Origin: Prevotellaceae bacterium
GTDB lineage: Bacteria > Bacteroidota > Bacteroidia > Bacteroidales > UBA932
DNA length: 59,500 bases
Assembly (NCBI GenBank): GCA_031258755.1
Contig: JAIRMK010000207.1
Coordinates: 1 to 59,500, forward strand
Direction: 5' to 3'
The notes beneath the pieces were generated by a model. That model was given only the letters and a program-made list of their open reading frames with translations. It made no database searches and was not told the origin of the DNA. A program made the position numbers and the translations under genes. Below, piece by piece: positions 37,689 to 47,331 of this stretch (positions are counted from its first letter, which is position 1; every line of letters begins with the position of its first letter).

Positions 37689-39257
37689 ATGAAAATTATA
37701 AACAACAAAACAATGATCTCTTGTGTATTGGCCGTATTCTTATGCTTCTCACTCTATACTTGTAAAGAGAGCAATGAAAATGAAAACGAAAATTATCCGG
37801 AAGCCACTTTAGTTAAACCTAAATACAATAGGATATCGACATTACATAATCCACTGAATGGTTGGGTTATGTACGCTTCAGCTTCAGCGGAAGACACCTA
37901 TTGGGATACGGAGTTCTATGTAGCAGACCTTGGGAAAAAGGTAAAAGCTATAGACTATGCTTCTGCTTGTTATATCCGCACCAGTTGGGCTACAATGAAC
38001 CCCGGTGATGGGGTTTATGCGTGGAGAGATCCTAATACTAAGGTTGGAAAAATGATTGAGGGCGCAAGACAAAGGGGGAAACCCATAGCCTTCCGCTTTG
38101 TGGTTGACGGACGCGATCAAGGTTTAAATACGCCGCAGTTTGTATTCGATAACGGCGCCGAATATTATCTTGAAAATGCCAGTTACCCGACCCGAAAAAC
38201 ACCGTATCCCCAAAATCCGGTGTTCCAACAATACTATACCAAATTTATTGAAGCATTGGCCGAAGATTTCAATGATCCCGACCGGACTGCTTTCATTGAT
38301 GCTTACGGTTTGGGTAAATGGGGTGAAGCGCACAATGTAGTTTATGAAGATCCTAACACTTCTACCGGCGCAAATACCGAAAGACTCAAAAGAGAGGTTT
38401 TCGAATGGATTACAAATTTATATACGCGGACCTTTACGGAGGTGCCGCTGGTTATCAATTATCACCGTGTAGTCGGGCATCCTGCAAGTGATGGAGCGCT
38501 TAACGAAAATACCGAAGAACTTTTGACCATGGCTATCAACAAAGGATATGGCCTTAGACAGGATGCTTTCGGCATGACTGATTATTATAAAAGTTGGGAA
38601 AAAAGCTTCGCTAAAACATGGAACTATAAACGCCCGATCATCATGGAAGGAGGCTGGATTACAGGCGGAACACATCGTTACTGGATTGATCCGAGCGGTA
38701 AATACCGCGAAGGCCACCCCGAAGATGTGCGGCAAGGAGAGTTCGATGCATCGATGGATGCGCATGTAAATATGATGGACTTCAGGGTGGGCAACGAAAC
38801 AGAAACCTGGTTTACATTATGTTTTGGGCTTGTACAACGCTTCATTTCCGAAGGCGGATACCGCCTCTATCCGGATCAGATATATTTACCTGAAAACATC
38901 AGTAAAGGAGCAGAAGTAACCATTTCCCATCGCTGGAGAAATATGGGCTGGGGATATTTCCCTAATAATATCCCGCAATGGAATTATAAATATAAAGTTG
39001 CTTTTGCCCTTTTGGATGCTGACGATAATGTGAAAAAGATATTGGTTGATACAGACAGTGAGCCGTCAAATTGGTTAAAGGACACCCCTGTCTCATATGA
39101 TTTCAAAATAACTGTAGATTTACCTGCAGGAGACTATAAGTGGGCTGTGGCCATTGTAGACACAAAAAAAGATAATCAACCCGCGATACAACTTGCCGTA
39201 AGTGATGATATTACTGCCGAAGGATGGGTTAAACTCCTGGATGTGCAGGTGAAATAG
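37689..39257 (+). CDS. putative glycoside-hydrolase-like TIM-barrel protein (DUF4874/DUF4832-like)
   Basis: Signal/lipobox FSLYTCKES. SWATMNPGDGVYAW and FIDAYGLGKWGEAH resemble GH42-like / DUF4874 motifs. The C-terminal beta-rich region is DUF4832-like. Assigned from memory only. Confidence 0.4.
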   Translation: MKIINNKTMISCVLAVFLCFSLYTCKESNENENENYPEATLVKPKYNRISTLHNPLNGWVMYASASAEDTYWDTEFYVADLGKKVKAIDYASACYIRTSWATMNPGDGVYAWRDPNTKVGKMIEGARQRGKPIAFRFVVDGRDQGLNTPQFVFDNGAEYYLENASYPTRKTPYPQNPVFQQYYTKFIEALAEDFNDPDRTAFIDAYGLGKWGEAHNVVYEDPNTSTGANTERLKREVFEWITNLYTRTFTEVPLVINYHRVVGHPASDGALNENTEELLTMAINKGYGLRQDAFGMTDYYKSWEKSFAKTWNYKRPIIMEGGWITGGTHRYWIDPSGKYREGHPEDVRQGEFDASMDAHVNMMDFRVGNETETWFTLCFGLVQRFISEGGYRLYPDQIYLPENISKGAEVTISHRWRNMGWGYFPNNIPQWNYKYKVAFALLDADDNVKKILVDTDSEPSNWLKDTPVSYDFKITVDLPAGDYKWAVAIVDTKKDNQPAIQLAVSDDITAEGWVKLLDVQVK

Positions 39258-39293
39258 CATATCGTTTTTAAATCTTAAAAGACCGGATTTGCG

Positions 39294-40499
39294 ATGATTA
39301 GAAAAGTCTTGATAACGTGTACGGTTTTGACCGGATTAGTATCCTGTAGCCAAACGAAAAACAGGCCGGATGAGCCGTCTCTCCTGTCAGTGGTGGACAG
39401 TGCTTTGGCCTTTTCCGAAAAGCAATCTTTATTGATGGCTCAAAAGTACGATACTTTAGAAGATCGATTACCCCGTACCTGTGAAAACGGGAAAGATATA
39501 TCTTCTAATTCGCGATGGTGGTGCAGCGGATTTTTTCCCGGTGTATTGTGGTATCTGTATGAGCATAACAAGAACCCCGAAATATTGAAATATGCCCGGC
39601 TTTATACCGACAGGGTAGAAAAGGAAAAATACACGACAGACAACCATGATGTGGGGTTTATGTTATATTGCAGCTTCGGCAACGGATTACGGTTGACAGG
39701 AGACAAACGTTATGAAGAAGTGTTGCTAACGGGAGCAAAATCGTTGGCTACGCGTTACAATCCGGATGTAGGGTTAATCCGCTCGTGGGATCATAATAAA
39801 GAGAAGTGGCAATATCCGGTTATTATAGATAATCTGATGAACCTTGAATTGTTGCTGTGGGCAGCTAACGCATCGGGCGATCCTACATTTAAAACAATAG
39901 TTATTTCTCATGCTGATAAGACAATCAAAAATCATTTCCGTCCCGATTATAGTTCATTCCATGTCGTATCCTATGATACTGCCATAGGAAAGCCTCACCT
40001 GAAGCAAACCCATCAGGGTTATTCCGATGAGTCGGCATGGAGTCGTGGACAAGCTTGGGGGCTTTATGGCTATGCTTATTTGTACAGGGAAACAAAAGAT
40101 GCGCGGTATCTGGAACAAGCCAAGAATATTGCCAACTTCCTGATTTATCACCCAAATATGCCGGAGGATTATATTCCTTATTGGGATTTTAACACGCCGG
40201 AAATACCGAATACTCCTCGTGATGCATCTGCCGCCTGCATTATAGCTTCGGCGCTCATAACACTGAGCGACTATGTGGATAAAGAACTTTCAGCGGAATA
40301 CATGAAAGTAGTAGAAAAACAGATACGTACCCTGTCGTCACCGGAATATACGGCAAAACCGGGAGAGAACGGATGTTTTATCTTAAAACACAGCACCGGC
40401 GCTTATCCGCTTAAATCAGAAATAGATGTACCTCTTACCTATGCCGATTATTATTATATGGAAACTTTAACCCGGCTTCGTAAAAAACTAACAAAGTAA
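39294..40499 (+). CDS. glycoside hydrolase family 88 (unsaturated glucuronyl hydrolase)
   Basis: RWWCSGFFPGVLWYLYE, TTDNHDVGFMLY, IRSWDHN, IIDNLMNLELLLWA and SRGQAWGLYGYAYLY match GH88 motifs. Confidence 0.8.
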   Translation: MIRKVLITCTVLTGLVSCSQTKNRPDEPSLLSVVDSALAFSEKQSLLMAQKYDTLEDRLPRTCENGKDISSNSRWWCSGFFPGVLWYLYEHNKNPEILKYARLYTDRVEKEKYTTDNHDVGFMLYCSFGNGLRLTGDKRYEEVLLTGAKSLATRYNPDVGLIRSWDHNKEKWQYPVIIDNLMNLELLLWAANASGDPTFKTIVISHADKTIKNHFRPDYSSFHVVSYDTAIGKPHLKQTHQGYSDESAWSRGQAWGLYGYAYLYRETKDARYLEQAKNIANFLIYHPNMPEDYIPYWDFNTPEIPNTPRDASAACIIASALITLSDYVDKELSAEYMKVVEKQIRTLSSPEYTAKPGENGCFILKHSTGAYPLKSEIDVPLTYADYYYMETLTRLRKKLTK

Positions 40500-40525
40500 T
40501 TATCTTTGCTAAAAATTCGGAACTT

Positions 40526-42385
40526 ATGAAAAAATTATGCGAGGTTATTGCACTGTTATTTATCAGTTCTTTTGGATATTCTGCAAATATATTGGTTGAG
40601 GCCGAGAGCTTTAAAAACAAGGGCGGCTGGGTTTTAGATCAGCAATTTATGGATCAAATGGGCTCTCCCTACCTTATGGCACACGGCATGGGGAAATCGG
40701 TTGCAGAGGCGAAGACAACAGTAACCTTTCCCGAAACAGGCGCCTATTATGTGTATGTCCGGACTTTTAATTGGACGTCTCCCTGGAATACCGCAGAAGG
40801 CCCCGGTCGGTTTATGCTAAAAATAAACAATAAAAAGCTGCCGGCGGTATTAGGCTCAAAAGGCTCCCAATGGCTGTGGCAATATGCAGGAAAAGTCGCC
40901 ATTAATAATCCTGATGCCACGGTTTCTCTTATCGATCTCACCGGATTTAACGGTCGCTGTGATGCTGTTTATTTTACAACCGAGTACGGTAATATACCGC
41001 CATCGGATGTAAAAGAATTGGCCAAATTCAGAAAAGAAAAACTAAATATACCGGATACGCCGGCGCAAACAGTGTCCTGTGATTTCGTGGTCGTAGGTGG
41101 AGGTATTGCCGGGATGTGTGCTGCTGCGGCGGCGTCACGTCTGGGCTGTACAGTAGCATTAATAAACGACCGTCCGGTATTGGGCGGGAACAACAGCGCT
41201 GAAGTCAGGGTACATCTTGGGGGATCTATAGAACTTGAACCTAATAAAGGATTAGGCCGTATGATCCGCGAGTTCGGACACGCCCGCGAAGGTAATGCCA
41301 AACCGGGCGATTATTACGAAGACGAAAAGAAAAGCGAGTTTATAGCCAATGAGAAAAATATAACCTTGTTCTCCAATTACCGTGCTGTTTCCGTGAAAAA
41401 AACAGGAGATAAAATAGCATCAATCATAATTAAAAATATAGAAACCGGCAAAGAAATTTGTTTAACAGCGCCTCTTTTTTCCGATTGTACAGGCGATGGC
41501 ACAATTGGCTATTTAGCCGGAGCCGACTATACAAGCGGACGCGAAAGCCGTGTCGAATTTGGCGAAGAGCTGGCTCCTGAAACAGCCGATAATATGACGA
41601 TGGGCGCCTCTGTACAGTGGTATGCGGTGGATACCGGCAAAAAAGCAAATTTTCCGCTGTTCAAATATGGCGTCGAGTTCAATGACGCAAACAGTGAAAA
41701 AGTGACGATGGGCGAATGGAAATGGGAAACAGGGATGAACCGTGATCAGATAAACGAGTTTGAACGCATACGCGACTACGGTTTGCTCGTAGTATATTCC
41801 AACTGGAGTTTTCTTAAAAATGAACTGAAAGCGAATGTAAAATATCGCACTTATGAACTTGGTTGGGTGGCTTATATTGCCGGTAAGCGCGAAACTCGCC
41901 GGCTGCTGGGCGATTATATCCTGAAACAGGACGATATTGACAAGAACGTATTCCATGAAGACGCATCATTCACCACTACTTGGAGTATCGATTTGCATTT
42001 TCCTGATCCTGAAAATTCCAAAAAATTTCCGGAACAGGAGTTTAAAGCGGCTACGAAACATATTCATATATACCCTTATGCCGTGCCTTACCGTTGTTTG
42101 TATTCCCGGAATGTAGACAACCTGTTTATGGCCGGGCGCGACATCAGTGTTACACATGTGGCGTTAGGCACTGTAAGGGTAATGCGTACTACCGGTATGA
42201 TGGGAGAGGTGGTCGGCATGGCGTCGTCATTATGCAAAAAATATAATGCTTCCCCACGCAAAATATACCAGTCGCATTTGGCCGAGCTAAAAGAGTTGAT
42301 GAAAGAAGGCGTGGGCAAGAAAGATGTTCCCGACAACCAAAAATTCAATGAGCAAAAATCACTGGAAGCGCCTCGTAGAAAATAA
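40526..42385 (+). CDS. FAD-dependent oxidoreductase (PF12831-like) with an N-terminal CBM-like beta-sandwich
   Basis: Rossmann motif DFVVVGGGIAGMCAAAAASRLGCTVALINDRPVLGGNNSAEV. An N-terminal segment of about 170 aa (ILVEAESFKNKGGWVLDQQF...GRCDAVYFT). Signal peptide present. Confidence 0.75.
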   Translation: MKKLCEVIALLFISSFGYSANILVEAESFKNKGGWVLDQQFMDQMGSPYLMAHGMGKSVAEAKTTVTFPETGAYYVYVRTFNWTSPWNTAEGPGRFMLKINNKKLPAVLGSKGSQWLWQYAGKVAINNPDATVSLIDLTGFNGRCDAVYFTTEYGNIPPSDVKELAKFRKEKLNIPDTPAQTVSCDFVVVGGGIAGMCAAAAASRLGCTVALINDRPVLGGNNSAEVRVHLGGSIELEPNKGLGRMIREFGHAREGNAKPGDYYEDEKKSEFIANEKNITLFSNYRAVSVKKTGDKIASIIIKNIETGKEICLTAPLFSDCTGDGTIGYLAGADYTSGRESRVEFGEELAPETADNMTMGASVQWYAVDTGKKANFPLFKYGVEFNDANSEKVTMGEWKWETGMNRDQINEFERIRDYGLLVVYSNWSFLKNELKANVKYRTYELGWVAYIAGKRETRRLLGDYILKQDDIDKNVFHEDASFTTTWSIDLHFPDPENSKKFPEQEFKAATKHIHIYPYAVPYRCLYSRNVDNLFMAGRDISVTHVALGTVRVMRTTGMMGEVVGMASSLCKKYNASPRKIYQSHLAELKELMKEGVGKKDVPDNQKFNEQKSLEAPRRK

Positions 42386-42394
42386 ATTTTAGAT

Positions 42395-44455
42395 ATGCGA
42401 CATCTATTCCTATTCTTAGTAGCGTTCATCGGCCTGTCGGCTGTTCATGCCCAAAATGGCTATTACAGCCGGCTGGAAAATGATACCTTGACAATAGGAA
42501 ACAGTTTGATAGAAAGAAAATTCGTTTGGAACAAAGGAAACCTGATCACATATAGCCTGACAAACAAGGCTTCGGGACATTGTTGGTTGAATAAAACAAA
42601 ATCACCGGATTTTCAGGTGTCAAAAAATATAACGAATATATCCAACCCTTCTTATACCGCGAAGGAAATAGATGAAACCGCTATACATCCGGCCTGTTTG
42701 GAAACCGTAGTGTCTTTCTCTTTAGGCGCCTTGGATATAAAAAGAGTATTTCGTATATACAAGGATAGCCCTGCCATAGCCTGCGATACGTATCTCAAAG
42801 GAAAGGCCGGCGCCATGCCGGATGACAAATCGGTTGATCCGGCAGACAGGAAAAACATTGAATTTACAGAAGACATGAACGCTATGCAAGTGACCACTGT
42901 GTTAGACCAACTAAAACCGGAGGGATTTCACTGGCAGACAAAAACAGTAGCGTTTTATGATGTAAGCGACTGGAACAATAATCTTGTCTTCGAGCGCAAA
43001 TTCATCCCTTATCGCAAAAACGCACATAAAGGTAATCTGCTATTTGCTTATAATATGGAAAATGACAATGGCTTCTTTTTCTTGAAAGAAGCGCCATGCT
43101 TAAATGCGCAGTTGGCATACAACGGGTATGACTTTATCACGGAGTTTGGCCATTTTGTCGTAACAGGTCTGGGCATGAGCGAAAAGGATATAAAGGAAGA
43201 CGAGTGGCGCAAGGCTTATGGGTGCGTGACAGGTGTTTATAGTGGTCCCGAGTTAAATCAGCTGGTAGCTTTACGCCGCTATCAGAAAAATATTCGCAAA
43301 CTCTTGCCCGGCAGGGATGAGATGGTGATGATGAATACATGGGGCGACCGCAGTCAGGATACGAAAGTGAATGAGAAATTCTGCTTATTGGAGGTGGAGC
43401 GGGCTGCACAGCTTGGTATTACACATTTCCAGATAGATGATGGCTGGCAAGTGGGAAAGAGCCCTAATTCGGCTATAACGAAAGGTTCTTTCCAAAACAT
43501 CTGGAACGATACGGATTACTGGAAACCTGACCCGCAGAAATATCCGAATGGACTGCATCCCATTGTAAAAAGGGGAAAAGAACTCGGTGTTGAAATATGC
43601 CTTTGGTTTAATCCCAGTGTGCAGCACGATTATGCCGATTGGGAGAAAGATGCACAAGCCATGATTAGCTTGTATAATGAATATGGGATCCGCACATTCA
43701 AAATAGATGGATTGGCCATTCCTGCCAAAAAATCGGAAATCAACCTGAGAAAACTGTTTGATAAAGTATTGGAGAAAACAAACAATGAGGTTATTTTCAA
43801 TCTTGACGCCACAGCCGGCCGCCGGGGAGGATACCATCTGTTAAATGAATACGGTAATATCTTTTTAGAAAACCGTTATACCGACTGGCAGAACTATTAT
43901 CCGTATTGGACATTGCGCAATCTGTGGCAATTGTCTAAATACGTCCCGGCAGAAAAATTACAGATTGAATTTTTGAATAAATGGCGGAATACAAACAAAT
44001 ACGGAAATGATATATTTGCTCCGGCAAATTATTCCTTCGAATACTTGTTTGCCACTACAATGGCCGGACAGCCATTGGCATGGTTCGAAGGAACCGGATT
44101 GCCGGAAGAAGCTTTAACTATAAATAAGTTGATAAAATCTTATAAAAAAATACAGCACGATTTCCATACCGGAACCATATTGCCGGTGGGCGACGAGCCC
44201 TCGGGCAGATCATGGACAGGTTTTCAGTCCGTAAAAGACAACCATAAAGGCTACTTTATTTTTTATAGAGAGAATACGCCTGACAAGAGTGGTGCAATTA
44301 AAACCTGGTTACCCGCCAATGTAAAAGTAAAGTGCACCCCTGTACTTGGTAATGGTAAAGCGATCACGAAAATCACAGGTCACAATGGGGCCTTAGAGGT
44401 AGAACTGGCAAATGTGAATGATTTCGTGCTGTATAAATATGAAGTAATAAAATAA
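42395..44455 (+). CDS. clan GH-D (GH36/alpha-galactosidase-like) glycoside hydrolase
   Basis: MNTWGDRSQDTKVNEKFCLLEVERAAQLGITHFQIDDGWQ parallels the GH36 NSWEA...LDDGWF region. IRTFKIDG sits at the nucleophile-motif position. Signal peptide present. Confidence 0.5.
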   Translation: MRHLFLFLVAFIGLSAVHAQNGYYSRLENDTLTIGNSLIERKFVWNKGNLITYSLTNKASGHCWLNKTKSPDFQVSKNITNISNPSYTAKEIDETAIHPACLETVVSFSLGALDIKRVFRIYKDSPAIACDTYLKGKAGAMPDDKSVDPADRKNIEFTEDMNAMQVTTVLDQLKPEGFHWQTKTVAFYDVSDWNNNLVFERKFIPYRKNAHKGNLLFAYNMENDNGFFFLKEAPCLNAQLAYNGYDFITEFGHFVVTGLGMSEKDIKEDEWRKAYGCVTGVYSGPELNQLVALRRYQKNIRKLLPGRDEMVMMNTWGDRSQDTKVNEKFCLLEVERAAQLGITHFQIDDGWQVGKSPNSAITKGSFQNIWNDTDYWKPDPQKYPNGLHPIVKRGKELGVEICLWFNPSVQHDYADWEKDAQAMISLYNEYGIRTFKIDGLAIPAKKSEINLRKLFDKVLEKTNNEVIFNLDATAGRRGGYHLLNEYGNIFLENRYTDWQNYYPYWTLRNLWQLSKYVPAEKLQIEFLNKWRNTNKYGNDIFAPANYSFEYLFATTMAGQPLAWFEGTGLPEEALTINKLIKSYKKIQHDFHTGTILPVGDEPSGRSWTGFQSVKDNHKGYFIFYRENTPDKSGAIKTWLPANVKVKCTPVLGNGKAITKITGHNGALEVELANVNDFVLYKYEVIK

Positions 44456-44463
44456 ATATTATT

Positions 44464-46251
44464 ATGAAACTAAAAACGACAACCATCATATCATTTATAC
44501 TCTCATGCCTGTTTTTCTCAAATATTGGAGCGCAGGAATTAATGACCAATATTTATGGGCGCGACGTTCAGTCGTTGAACGGTAAATGGGACGCTATTAT
44601 TGACCTGTACGACCAGGGGCGTAAGAACAACATCTTCCTGAATAAAAAGCCCGAAGGCAAGACTGATTTTTATGAATATTCTTTCGATCACGGTTTGCGC
44701 CTGAACGTTCCATCTGATTGGAATAGCCAGTTGCCGGAGTTAAAATATTATGAAGGAACCGTATGGTATGCACGCAAGTTCGATGTGCAGAAAGAAGCCG
44801 ATGAGCGTTTGTTCCTCTACTTCGGGGCAGTTAGTTACCGTTGCCGTGTTTACCTGAACGGTAAAGAAACAGGCAGACACGAAGGCGGCTTCACCCCTTT
44901 CCTTATAGAGGTTACAGCGCTGGTAAAAGATACCGGCAACTTCCTTGCCCTGGAAGTGAATAATACAAGAACAGCAGATGCTATCCCGGCGATGGCTTTC
45001 GACTGGTGGAACTATGGCGGTATCACCCGCGACGTGTTTCTTGTGAAAACGCCAAAAACATTTATACAGGACTATTTTATCCGGCTGGATAAATACAAAG
45101 CAGATAAAATAGACGTACATGTTACATTATCGGAAAAGACCGCTAATACTTCCGTTGAAATAGAAATACCGGAACTGAAAATCAAACAAACCCTGGTCAC
45201 AAATAATGAAGGGGTTGCAGCTACTTCATTCCATGTGAAGAAGCTGGAACGCTGGTCTCCGGAATTGCCGAAACGATATAAAGTCATTGTCTCTTCCAAT
45301 AATGACAAGGTAGAAGAAATGATCGGTTTCCGCAATATCCGGGTAAAAGGAGAAGACATTTATCTGAATGATAAACCTGTATTTTTGAAGTCAATCAATT
45401 TCCACGAAGAGATACCGCAACGCAAGGGACGCGCTTTTTCAGAAGCCGATGCGGTGATGCTCCTTTCCGAAGCAAAGGCACTGGGATGTAATATGATCCG
45501 ACTTGCTCATTATCCGCAGAATGAATATACCATTCGCATAGCGGAAAAAATGGGCTTCCTGCTATGGGAAGAAATCCCTGTCTGGCAAGGTATAGACTTC
45601 AAGAATGAAGAAACTAAACTTAAAGCCGGTAATATGATAAAAGAGATGGTGATGCGTGATAAGAACCGCTGTGCGCTCACATTTTGGGGAGTAGCCAATG
45701 AAACGCAACCATCCGAACTGAGGAATGATTTCCTGAAATATCTTATCCGATGCTGCAAGGACATAGATACTACCCGCCTGATTACGGCTGCTTTCGATTT
45801 AGTACGGTTCAACAGGGATCGACAGGTATTTATCATGGATGACCTTTTTATAAAAGAACTCGATGTCGTGGCTGTAAATAAGTACATGGGCTGGTATCAT
45901 CAATGGCCTGTAATACCGGACAAAGCCATTTGGGATGTAGCCAAAGGCCAGCCGCTTATTGTCTCCGAATTCGGAGGGGAAGCCTTATACGGAAAAACAG
46001 GTGATGCCGACGTGGTAAGTTCTTGGAGTGAAGATTACCAGGCGACGCTTTACAGGGATAATTTAGAGATGTTCAAGCATATTCCTAATCTTAGGGGAAC
46101 CAGTCCGTGGGTACTGTTCGATTTCCGTTCGCCGTTTCGTTTCCACCCTGTCAATCAGGAAGGATGGAACAGGAAAGGTCTTGTATCCGATCAGGGGTAC
46201 AGAAAAAAAGCATGGTATATCATGAAAGAATATTATGACAATATAAAATAA
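44464..46251 (+). CDS. glycoside hydrolase family 2 (beta-glucuronidase/beta-galactosidase-like)
   Basis: NGKWDAIIDLYD, GGFTPFLIEVT, IRLAHYPQNEY, WGVANE (acid/base) and VSEFGGEA (nucleophile). Confidence 0.8.
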   Translation: MKLKTTTIISFILSCLFFSNIGAQELMTNIYGRDVQSLNGKWDAIIDLYDQGRKNNIFLNKKPEGKTDFYEYSFDHGLRLNVPSDWNSQLPELKYYEGTVWYARKFDVQKEADERLFLYFGAVSYRCRVYLNGKETGRHEGGFTPFLIEVTALVKDTGNFLALEVNNTRTADAIPAMAFDWWNYGGITRDVFLVKTPKTFIQDYFIRLDKYKADKIDVHVTLSEKTANTSVEIEIPELKIKQTLVTNNEGVAATSFHVKKLERWSPELPKRYKVIVSSNNDKVEEMIGFRNIRVKGEDIYLNDKPVFLKSINFHEEIPQRKGRAFSEADAVMLLSEAKALGCNMIRLAHYPQNEYTIRIAEKMGFLLWEEIPVWQGIDFKNEETKLKAGNMIKEMVMRDKNRCALTFWGVANETQPSELRNDFLKYLIRCCKDIDTTRLITAAFDLVRFNRDRQVFIMDDLFIKELDVVAVNKYMGWYHQWPVIPDKAIWDVAKGQPLIVSEFGGEALYGKTGDADVVSSWSEDYQATLYRDNLEMFKHIPNLRGTSPWVLFDFRSPFRFHPVNQEGWNRKGLVSDQGYRKKAWYIMKEYYDNIK

Positions 46252-46281
46252 ACAATATAAATCCTGTTAAAATTGAAGCGT

Positions 46282-47319
46282 ATGAAAAATGTATTTTTGA
46301 GAGAAAGCATGATTTGGAAATTTTTCCTGTTGCTTATATTCCTTTTATCGGGAACCGTATCTTTATCCTGTTCGGGTGATGAAAAGAACAATCCCGACCC
46401 CGTCAATAACGAGACGCCTCTTGATAAAGGGCCGGTACGTATATTGGCTATAGGGAACAGCTTCTCTCAGGATGCGGTTGAGCAATACTTATACGAGCTG
46501 GCCGAAGCCGAAGGAATTGAAATCATTGTCGCCAATCTATACATTGGAGGCTGTTCCTTGGAACGGCATGTGTCGAACGCAAGGAATAACAGCGCGGCTT
46601 ATGAATATCGTAAAATAACAGGAGGAGTCAAAACAAACAAGTCGAACGTGACGCTGGCGGCCGGATTAACGGATGAAAGCTGGGACTATATAAGCTTGCA
46701 ACAGGTTAGCGGAAATTCAGGTCAATATGAAACCTTTGCCGCCTCTTTACCCGAACTCGTGCAATATGTAAAAACGCATACATCAAATAAAAACATGCAG
46801 CTAATGCTGCACCAGACATGGGCTTATGCGGCAAATTCCAACCATGCCGATTTTCCTAAATATGACAAGAATCAAACAAAAATGTATGAAGCAATTGTAG
46901 ACGCCGTAAACAGGGCATCTCAACTTGTCGATATAGATATAATTATACCGTCGGGAACGGCGATACAGAATGGACGCACCTCCTATATTGGAGATAATTT
47001 TACACGCGACGGATATCATCTGGAGGTAACCTATGGCAGATACACAGCTGCGTGTACGTGGTTTGAAAAAATATTTGGAAAAAATGTGGTTGGTAATACG
47101 TATGCACCGGATGGGGTACACGCTTCAAAGATTGCTGTTGCGCAACATGCGGCGCATACTGCCGTTCGGAGCCCTGATGCAGTAACTGTTTTGGAAGAAT
47201 ACAAAAATCACCCGGTAGATACGGATGCTGTAGGAAATATAACGATTGAGGTATTGAGAAATTCGGGAAATACGTATCAGGCTGTAATAAGTGGTGTCAT
47301 TATCGCTGCGGCTGAATAA
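46282..47319 (+). CDS. DUF4886 / SGNH-hydrolase-like lipoprotein (possible carbohydrate esterase)
   Basis: The ORF-track start 46273 is TTG; the ATG is at 46282. Lipobox VSLSCSG. VRILAIGNSFSQDAVEQYLYELAEAEGIEIIVANLYIGGCSLERH is DUF4886-like. Confidence 0.6.
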   Translation: MKNVFLRESMIWKFFLLLIFLLSGTVSLSCSGDEKNNPDPVNNETPLDKGPVRILAIGNSFSQDAVEQYLYELAEAEGIEIIVANLYIGGCSLERHVSNARNNSAAYEYRKITGGVKTNKSNVTLAAGLTDESWDYISLQQVSGNSGQYETFAASLPELVQYVKTHTSNKNMQLMLHQTWAYAANSNHADFPKYDKNQTKMYEAIVDAVNRASQLVDIDIIIPSGTAIQNGRTSYIGDNFTRDGYHLEVTYGRYTAACTWFEKIFGKNVVGNTYAPDGVHASKIAVAQHAAHTAVRSPDAVTVLEEYKNHPVDTDAVGNITIEVLRNSGNTYQAVISGVIIAAAE

Positions 47320-47331
47320 CAGGAATGGCAA

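Noticed and set aside
40501-40508. TATCTTTG (-7-like) motif just upstream of the FAD oxidoreductase gene as an internal PUL promoter
   Set aside because: There is no TTTG -33 element at the proper 19-21-nt spacing, and the motif sits only 18 nt from the ATG. It is probably fortuitous.
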